The notes below the pieces were generated by a model. It was given only the letters and a program-made list of their open reading frames with translations. It searched no databases and was not told the DNA's origin. Made by a program: the position numbers and the translations under genes. DNA of 36,166 nt from a virus (Duplodnaviria; Caudoviricetes): positions 1-36,166 of the IMG/VR virus record IMGVR_UViG_3300007643_000052; one strand, given 5' to 3'. Below are positions 17,613 through 25,800 of this stretch, piece after piece. How positions within the stretch are numbered: the stretch's first letter is position 1; every line of letters begins with the position of its first letter.

Positions 17613-19898
17613 ATGAGGAACCCCCTAACACTACGCTTTCCCGCTAAGGGCATTACCGAAGGCACACCCTATGGGGCAGTGCCTAACGGTTATACCACGG
17701 ACGCCTTGAACGTACGGCCCTTTGATGCCGAGGAGTCCCGCATGCGGGGGGGCCAGCGTCCGGGTACAGCCTTGTACCTCGCTGCTGCTGTGCAGGCCAG
17801 CACACCCATACAGCGGCTGGTACAGGGTGATATACCCACCATACCTGTATCTGGGGGCGGGGACACCCTCGTATTGTCAGATCCGTTCACGTACAGTGAC
17901 AACACGTCCATTGCCACGGCGACATCGTCTGCGTGGACGGCCTCTACCAGCACTGCGTTTGGAATCTCCAGCAATGCAGCCATCCATGATCGTGGCGGGA
18001 GCAACATTCAGCGAATCGCTTTGCTGGCTGCGGACCCGTTGTCAGGGGAGGCGAATTACTATGTACAGTGCAGTGTGGTACTAAGCACTGCTGACACACC
18101 CACAGACGGCGTGCGGGGGGGTGTGCGGTTCCGCGGGACAAGCAGCCTCGGGGACGGCCAGCTTTTGATGGAAGTGTTCTTGAAGGACTCTGGCAGTGGC
18201 GGGACAGCGGCGTCCCTCGTATTGAGCAACAGTGCCACGGGTTCCTCTACGGTTCAATTGGCGGCGGTTGATATTCCTGATGCCATAGCTATCCCTACGT
18301 CAGCGACGACCACAGCTTCGTTGGTTGTACGAGCAGAAGTAATTGGCAACACTATAAACGGGTACGTGAACGGCACCCAATACATCGCTACCTCAAGCAG
18401 CCTGTACGCCTCGCAAAGTGGGGTGGGGTTGGCCGCGGTTCGTACGGAGACCAGTGCGGCGGACGGGGATAACCCAGTTATCTGTGATGCGTTCACCTGC
18501 GGAACTGTGGTACCATCCACAGCGGGGGTCCGCACCCGGGAGACGTATCTTGTCGCAGTGGCGGGGGGTGACATCTACCAGTCTGATTCTCCGCCCACCG
18601 CCATGGTGGCCAGCACGGGGGGCACAGATGCCCTGAACTCCTCTACATTCCTGATGGGTGCGACGGGGGCCTCTCCTTCAGCGTTGGACGGCTCACCCGC
18701 GAACGTGCAGCGTCACGTATACTTCTGCGATGGTACGAACTACAAGCGGCTAAATTTAGAGACCAATACAGTATCGACCTGGACAGCCGTTAATGGTACA
18801 CTGCCCGTGGACAGTGCAGGGAATGTCTGCCGCATCATGGCCCTGTATCGCGGGCGTATCGTCATGGCAGGGCTGATAACCGAGCCGGGTAACTGGTTTA
18901 TGACGAAGCAGCATGATCCTCTTGACATAGATTACAGCCCCGCTACACAACTTGTCACGTCGGCTGTTGCGGGGAACAACACGGATGCGGGCCTCGTGGC
19001 GGATCGCATCACCGCCCTGATACCCTATGGTGATAATACGTTGATCTTCGGGGGTGATAAGAGCATCTGGCGTCTCACAGGCGACCCTGCGGACGGCGGC
19101 ATTATTGACAACATCAGCTATGATACAGGTGTGGCGGGGCCCGACGCTTGGACCCGCGACCCCAACGGGGTACTGTACTTCATGGGGAGTAACGGCATGT
19201 ACCGCATGGCCCCTGGTGGTGGGGTGCCTGAACTCATAAGCAGCGGAAAGCTGGACACTTCATTCACGGATATCGATCTCGTTACTACCCGACCCATTTT
19301 GTCGTGGGACCGAGACCGGCAAGGGTGCCACGTATTTTTGACGGGATACAACGAGCCCCTCACCGCCCCTACTCAGTATTGGTATGATGCACGTACGGAC
19401 GGCTTCTGGCCTGAGCAACTCCCGATAAGCAACGGACCCACTGCCGCGTTGGTGTTCGACGGCGATGCCCCGGGCGATCGAGCACTCCTGATGGGTGGCC
19501 GCGACGGGTATATCCGCACAGAATCAGACACCACTAAGAGTGATAGTGATGGAGCCACCACGACGGCGATAGACAGCTTCGTGGACATAGGACCGCTGGT
19601 AGGTAAGTTCGGCCGTCGCATACATCTCCAGGGTATCCAAGCCACGCTAGGTGCTGGGGCTGATGGTGCAACGCTCCAAGTTATGTCTGGGGACACCCCA
19701 GAGCAGGCGGCGGACTCTGTGACCGTACGGGCGGCTCGGGCTCTCAGCGGCGGGCTGAACAAGTGGGTGTACAACCCCGTGGCGGCAGGGTCTTTGAAGG
19801 TGCGGTTGCGGAACAACACGATCGCAGAGGCGTGGTCAATGGAACAGGTGGTAATACAGGTGGCCGATGGCGGGCTCCAACGTGAAGGGGCTAGATAG
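17613..19898 (+). CDS. Tail nozzle/stabilization protein (P22 gp10 or T7 gp12-like beta-propeller)
   Basis: NVRP...RGGQRPG N-terminus; YRGRIVMAG, ITALIPY..LIFG...IWRLTG and LYFMG..G.Y blades. Confidence 0.75.
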   Translation: MRNPLTLRFPAKGITEGTPYGAVPNGYTTDALNVRPFDAEESRMRGGQRPGTALYLAAAVQASTPIQRLVQGDIPTIPVSGGGDTLVLSDPFTYSDNTSIATATSSAWTASTSTAFGISSNAAIHDRGGSNIQRIALLAADPLSGEANYYVQCSVVLSTADTPTDGVRGGVRFRGTSSLGDGQLLMEVFLKDSGSGGTAASLVLSNSATGSSTVQLAAVDIPDAIAIPTSATTTASLVVRAEVIGNTINGYVNGTQYIATSSSLYASQSGVGLAAVRTETSAADGDNPVICDAFTCGTVVPSTAGVRTRETYLVAVAGGDIYQSDSPPTAMVASTGGTDALNSSTFLMGATGASPSALDGSPANVQRHVYFCDGTNYKRLNLETNTVSTWTAVNGTLPVDSAGNVCRIMALYRGRIVMAGLITEPGNWFMTKQHDPLDIDYSPATQLVTSAVAGNNTDAGLVADRITALIPYGDNTLIFGGDKSIWRLTGDPADGGIIDNISYDTGVAGPDAWTRDPNGVLYFMGSNGMYRMAPGGGVPELISSGKLDTSFTDIDLVTTRPILSWDRDRQGCHVFLTGYNEPLTAPTQYWYDARTDGFWPEQLPISNGPTAALVFDGDAPGDRALLMGGRDGYIRTESDTTKSDSDGATTTAIDSFVDIGPLVGKFGRRIHLQGIQATLGAGADGATLQVMSGDTPEQAADSVTVRAARALSGGLNKWVYNPVAAGSLKVRLRNNTIAEAWSMEQVVIQVADGGLQREGAR

Positions 19899-20686
19899 TG
19901 GGCCAGGAGATCGGACTAAAGGGCGTGTCCCGCCTGCCGAGTGACGGCCTTCCTGCGGAGCTTCGTAGGCAGTGGGAGCGGCTCACCCGGACGCACCAGT
20001 GGGTCGGTGGAGCAGATAACGCTATCCAGATCGTTAACGGCATCATTAAGTTGGTCAGTGCAACCGGGGAACCCGTCGATCAGACGAACGGTGAGTTCGT
20101 TATCCTGCTGGACGGTGCCACGTTGACAAAGAGTGCTTCGGGGCTTAAGATATCCGATGATGGCGTGGGTGCGGATCAGCTTGGTATCCTGACCACGGAG
20201 GGTGATCTCCTCACTTTTTCAACTGAGCCAGTTCGGCTGGGTGTCGGGGCGGATGGCACAACACTGATCGCTGACAGCGGGGAGACCACAGGGCTGCGGT
20301 GGGCGGAAGTCAGCGGACTGCTTGACCGAGAGACCACGGAACAGGACAGTGGGTTTCTGGAGATAAATAACACGGCGGTGCGTGAGATTACGGTAGCCTT
20401 TGGGGCCTTACCGAACAACACCACGACCAATGTGGCCCACGGCATAACTGGGTTGGTGCTGACTGAGATGGTGGAGGTGCGGGGATGGTGTTCTAATGGC
20501 ACCACCGTGCGGCCACTACCTTGGACTGACGGAACAAACGCGATCGCAATTGAGGTGAACGCCACAAACGTGTCGATCACAACGAACTTCGACGCGTCAG
20601 GCTACACGTCCTGCGATGTGTTCCTGCGGTACACTAGAGGCAACAGCGGCTTCTCTTCGGGCTTCTCTTCTGGATTTGGAGCATAG
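19898..20686 (+). CDS. Tail fibre/appendage-like protein
   Basis: TTEGDLL...RLGVGADG..L.ADS..TTGL.W fibre motif, VAHGI domain and FSSGFSSGFG end. Confidence 0.7.
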   Translation: MGQEIGLKGVSRLPSDGLPAELRRQWERLTRTHQWVGGADNAIQIVNGIIKLVSATGEPVDQTNGEFVILLDGATLTKSASGLKISDDGVGADQLGILTTEGDLLTFSTEPVRLGVGADGTTLIADSGETTGLRWAEVSGLLDRETTEQDSGFLEINNTAVREITVAFGALPNNTTTNVAHGITGLVLTEMVEVRGWCSNGTTVRPLPWTDGTNAIAIEVNATNVSITTNFDASGYTSCDVFLRYTRGNSGFSSGFSSGFGA

Positions 20687-20687
20687 C

Positions 20688-21215
20688 ATGGCTGATACGT
20701 CAAGAACTAAATCGGCACTGGCAACAATACTCGCCGACAATACAGCGGGGGACATTTCCCCCCAGGATCTACGCGACCTCATGGAGTCGTTGGATGTGCC
20801 ATACGGGGAGCTGTACCAGACAGGCAACTCCACCAACACTACTGATGGTGCAGCCCTGCTGGGCACGTTCACCCTCGGAACAGCAAACCAGATGGACAAG
20901 CCCTCGGCATCACGTCTTCGGTACACTGGCGCCCCGACCCGTAAGTTTATGATAACTGCGGCCGTCGTTGACAACACCGAGGGATCTGGGGATATCAGCC
21001 ACAAGCTGACGATTGCGAAGAATGGCACGAAGGACACCAAGACATCAGTGGTGTACGACCACATCGATGCCGTGTCGAAGAGTACGACGGTCCAGGGTAT
21101 AATTGAACTGGCGACTAACGACTACGTTGAAATATGGTATGATGACAATTCTGGATTTGCGGTGAGTGGAGAGTTCCTCTCCTGCCACATACTTGCTCAC
21201 GGGTTGTTCGGATAA
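20688..21215 (+). CDS. Virion protein with a C1q/TNF-like C-terminal domain
   Basis: LADNTAGDISPQDLRD N-terminus; L.YTG and LATNDYVEIW motifs; GGAG RBS. Confidence 0.7.
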   Translation: MADTSRTKSALATILADNTAGDISPQDLRDLMESLDVPYGELYQTGNSTNTTDGAALLGTFTLGTANQMDKPSASRLRYTGAPTRKFMITAAVVDNTEGSGDISHKLTIAKNGTKDTKTSVVYDHIDAVSKSTTVQGIIELATNDYVEIWYDDNSGFAVSGEFLSCHILAHGLFG

Positions 21216-21226
21216 GGATTAGCAAA

Positions 21227-21790
21227 ATGATAGGCAACGCATACAAACAATACGGCACACAATCTTCACGCAGCACCCGCGTATCCAGCACGAGGTCTAC
21301 TGGTGGCCTCAGTGCAAATTATTTGGCCAAGCAGGCCGCTAAGGCCTCCCAGTCCGCCCGGGCTGATTCGCTGTCGCAGTACAAGTCTCTGATGGATTCG
21401 GCCAAGCAGACGACGGACAATACCCGCGGGCTGAATCAGCAGGCCCAGGCGGCAGCAGCCTCTGTTGGTGAGCAGGCGAAGGTGCGGGCTGGCCAGCACA
21501 ACGAGCAACAGCTTGCTAAGTCTCAGCAGTCCCTGGTATCTCGAGGTCTGGGAAACACCACTATAGCAGGTGCAGCCAGCCGGGGCATCAACGCTGACTA
21601 CGCCCAGAACCTGGGCAACATTGACGAACAGCAGGCCAAGCTGCGTTCTGGTTTGCTAACACAGGCCGCGGGTGCAGAAATGGCCCTCGGGAACTTCAAT
21701 GCTGATGCAATCCTGAGCCGCCAGAACGTCGGCCCGGACCTTGGCATGTACAGTAGCCTTCTCCAGTCCTTGTCCGCAGGAGCGTTTTAA
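21227..21790 (+). CDS. Putative internal virion (ejection) protein 1
   Basis: A/Q/S/G-rich helical protein with an SRGLGNTT motif; located after the tail genes. Confidence 0.65.
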   Translation: MIGNAYKQYGTQSSRSTRVSSTRSTGGLSANYLAKQAAKASQSARADSLSQYKSLMDSAKQTTDNTRGLNQQAQAAAASVGEQAKVRAGQHNEQQLAKSQQSLVSRGLGNTTIAGAASRGINADYAQNLGNIDEQQAKLRSGLLTQAAGAEMALGNFNADAILSRQNVGPDLGMYSSLLQSLSAGAF

Positions 21791-22813
21791 ATGCCCGCAC
21801 CTCGCCCCATCACGATCGACTACACACCGGCAAGCTCGCTTCTTCAAGCATCTATCGCCGCGGGGCAGATGCAGGGAGACCGTCAGCGTAACGCCATCCA
21901 ACGGGAGCAACAGCAGCGGCAGCCGCAGCGTCCCTCTTTCGCAGCAGCCGCCAACAGGCGACAAGGAATTTCCGCCGCTGATTCTGCTATGCGTCTGCAG
22001 CGTGCTGGTGCCCAGACGTTCCGCAATCCTGCACTCAACGCCCCGATGTCCGGTGCGGATAAAGAAATCCGAAACCCCCTGGGCGGCAGCATCCGCGGTC
22101 GTATGTCCCAGGGCACCGGTAGCATGACCGGGGATGGCCATACGTACGACATCAACGACGCGTCGAGCATGCCTGCTGGTGCAGACCGAGGCGGCGGCTT
22201 CTCTCAGTTCGAGGACACCCAGGTGGGTGAAAACGGGTACCTTGACACCATAATGCAGCGTCCCGGTTTACCAGACCAGACCATGCGTGAGCTTGAGACT
22301 CTGCGTACGTCAGGCCTCACACCGAACCAAATGCGTACGGCCGCGGACTCGATCATCCGCAATACCGCTGGTGCGAAAGACGCGTTCTCTCCGAAGGATA
22401 AAGTTAAGTTTGAGATGAGCAATCTTGACAGCCAAATCAGTGACCTGCGGCGTCAGGAGCAGGCGTTGCTCAAAGAGATGGGTGAGTCGGACCAAGACCC
22501 GGACGCATCGTCAGCAGGCCTCACCCCTGATGCCCGCCCCACCGGCGGCTCCATCAACGAGTTCTGGCGTGGTGCTGCGGACACGGTCCTGCCGGGCCAG
22601 CCGTTCTCCAGCGTATCCCGTGGCGGTGACTCCGATAAATTGAAGCGTGCGGTCAAGCTGGCTCAGCTACGGCGTCAGCAACAGTTGCTCGTAGAGCAGC
22701 AACGTGGTATGATGCAGGGTGGGTCCGGGCCGCAGGACGTACAGCCCTTGGACAACGTGGACGTATCGACGCTTAGTAACGACGACCTATTCAAAGCCTT
22801 GATGGGGAACTGA
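21791..22813 (+). CDS. Putative internal virion (ejection) protein 2
   Basis: Low-complexity Q/G/A coiled-coil protein; lies between ejection-like genes. Confidence 0.6.
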   Translation: MPAPRPITIDYTPASSLLQASIAAGQMQGDRQRNAIQREQQQRQPQRPSFAAAANRRQGISAADSAMRLQRAGAQTFRNPALNAPMSGADKEIRNPLGGSIRGRMSQGTGSMTGDGHTYDINDASSMPAGADRGGGFSQFEDTQVGENGYLDTIMQRPGLPDQTMRELETLRTSGLTPNQMRTAADSIIRNTAGAKDAFSPKDKVKFEMSNLDSQISDLRRQEQALLKEMGESDQDPDASSAGLTPDARPTGGSINEFWRGAADTVLPGQPFSSVSRGGDSDKLKRAVKLAQLRRQQQLLVEQQRGMMQGGSGPQDVQPLDNVDVSTLSNDDLFKALMGN

Positions 22814-22817
22814 GACC

Positions 22818-25800
22818 ATGCCAACTCGTGAAGACGCCCTAGCCGAACTGTCCCGCCGAGCCTCCAGCGGAGAGCTGTCATCTAAACAGCAGGCGGCATT
22901 TGGCGAGCTGCAAAAGCGGGGGGTCATACCCACTGCACAGAAGACATCGGCAGTCTCCCCGTCGATTCAGAAGATGCTCACCGACTCAGGCTACGAAGGT
23001 GCGGAGCGTTTGGCGAACACAGGCATCACCCCCGGGACGGCTTCTGAATTTGCCGTTGCCCACATGCAGGCAACTGAGAAGCGTACCGGCCGACGTCCTG
23101 ATCCGAAGCAGATGGAAGCCGCCAACAACATGTTCAAGGGCATGGCTGGTCGTGAAGATCGTACTGATGTGGACCAGTTCCAGGAGCAGCTCAAGAGTCA
23201 GCGTGACTCCCGTAACGAGACGGCCGTGGGCCGGGCATCGAACGTGGGCCTTAACTTCGTGCAAGGTGTCGCTCGACCCAGCACAGCCGTTATCGGTACT
23301 GTCGCTCCTGGGTACGCCGCGGATCTGCGGGAGCAGCAGCAACAGGCGTACAACCCGAGTGGTGGGTTCAGTGGTGTCGTAGGTGGTGGTCTCGCTGAGG
23401 GTGCGAACCTCGCGGCTTCCTTGGCCATGGGTCCAGCCGGAGTCGTTGGGTACTACGGTGCTCAGGGTACCGGCAGTGCCCGTACGGACATAGCAGAGCG
23501 GCGGGCGGCTGGCCAAGAAATCAGTGGTGGCATGGAGTTTGCCTCCGCGTTGGCCCAGGGAACGGTCGAGGGGCTTAGTGGGCTAGTTGGTGGTCGGATC
23601 GTACAGTCACTCGGACGGTATGCACGACCCCTCGCCGCTGAAGCGTCGGAGGCCGGTAGCCGCAGGCTCATACAAGCCGCCACCCGCGAAGCTGGGCTAG
23701 TGCTCGGTGAGGGTGCGGAGGAGGCCGTTACCGAAATAGTTCAGAACGCCATCAAGCAGAAAAGCTACGACCCGGAAGCCGGGCTCATGGACGGGGTCGC
23801 CGAGGCATTCGCCATGGGCCTAGTGCTCGCCCCCGTGGGCGGGGCCCTGGTTGGCGGGGCAACGGGCGGTAAGAAGGCCCCGGCCCCCTCCCCCGCCGTC
23901 GTAGTGGCAGAGCAACATGCGGAGGTTAAGCACGCTCACCGCCTGTCTGCTGATGAACTGGGCCGCAGGACGGGCACACTCGATGCTGATACCGAAGGTG
24001 AAGTAGAAGGCAACCAGTACTTCCAGCGTGGGCAGATGGGTTCTGCCGAAGGTGGAGACGGTGACTGGGTCAAGGTGACCATACCCCTAGACCAGTTGAC
24101 GGCGTCCCCCCGATCCGGTACGCGGGTTGACGGGTACGCCGGGCAGACTGCGGACACAGCACCGCCACTGGTAGCCGGTATCATGAAGGAGGGCGACGGG
24201 AGCATCGAGATTATCGACGGCAACAACCGCCATGCTGCGGCGATTGCCCGTGGAGACACGACGGCGGAGGTCTACGTGCCCGACGCTCTCGCTCGCCGGT
24301 TCCAGCCCCTGGGCCTCCCTTCGCCCCTGGACATCGCTCAGCGAGAGCTGGGGGACGCGGAGACAGCCGTGGACAGGGCCCAGCAGGATCTGCAGACCGC
24401 GGCCGGTCCAAGTGCGGGGGCAATCCAGGTGGACCCCTCCGGCCGTGCAGGCACAGACCTGGAGCATGACGCCCTGAACAAACAGGCCTCAGCCGCCATC
24501 AAACCACAGTACGACCCAGCCCGCCTCCTTCCTGATAACGCTCCCCGCTTTTCCGCGGATGAGGACGGGTCCGTGTCTGACAACCGTGTCGAGGAGAAGC
24601 GTAGCATCGGCCTGCGTGAAGGACGCCAGCGTGTCGATGACTTGACTGAAGCGGGTAAGATGCGGGAGGCTAAGAAAGAAATCGAACGCCTTAAGAAGGA
24701 AGCCCGTACGGACCCGCTTACCCGCATAGGTAACAAGCGTGCTTTTGACGAGAAGATAACCAAGCTCAAGGCCACGGTGGAAAAGACCGGTCGGTCACGC
24801 AAGGTCGCGTTCTTCGACCTGGGCAACCTCAAGGTGGCCAATACGATACTTGGACACGAGGGTGCGAACAGCCTGTTGGTATCCATAACGAAGAAGGCCG
24901 AGAATGCACTAAAGGGCCGTGCGGATATCTTCCGTACCGGTGGAGATGAGTTCATCGTCGTGCCCAAGCGGTCCATGAACGAGAAGCAAACACGTCAACT
25001 CGTCGCTGAAGTCGAAGCTGCGGTCGGCCACCAGGACTTGGTCCCGGGGAAGGTGTCCGCGTTCATCGCTGGGGATGTGGCGACACTGGAGCCCGGCGGC
25101 ACCGTTGCAGAAGAGCTTGACGCTGCAGACAAACGAAGCGAAGGCCGTAAGTCAGAGATAAAACAAAAACGTGGTGAGACCACCACCCGGGCAGAGGCTG
25201 AGGTTGCTGTTGCAGAGTTCCAGCAGGGCGTTGTAACACACTCTGATTCGGTGACGGTGACTAGTGCTGTGGACTCAGCTCGACGCAACCCCGAGGCTGT
25301 TCTACGCGTGCGTGAAGCGAACGCTAACCTGCGGGCCAAGCGTCGTGCGGTACAGCAGCTCCGTGGCCAAGGCGAGCTGTCGAGGCTGGTCGCTGAGTAC
25401 AAAAAATCCACAGCGTTGGACCAGGGTACCAAGCCTCACTACAAGCCGATCTCCCCCGCTGAAGGCCGGAGCATATCGCGTGCATACGAAACGATGCAAC
25501 ACGATCCTACCAACCCTGATGTCATCCTCGCTTACGAATCGTTTAAGAAAGAAACACTCGATCAGTTCTTGGCCCTGCAAGACGCTGGGTTCACTTTTGA
25601 TCTCCGTCCTGTGCTGTCGGTAGCGGAGCTGTACCCTTCCGTTACGGAGCTGGCCACGGACGTGCTGGCCAACAAGAGCCTCAGTGTGAACGCGGACCCC
25701 GGCGACATGCCGTCAGACCACCCGATGGCCCAAGAGGTCGGCCCGCTCGCCCCAGGGTGGACGCACAACCAAGTGTTCCGAGCTGTTCATGATGTCATAG

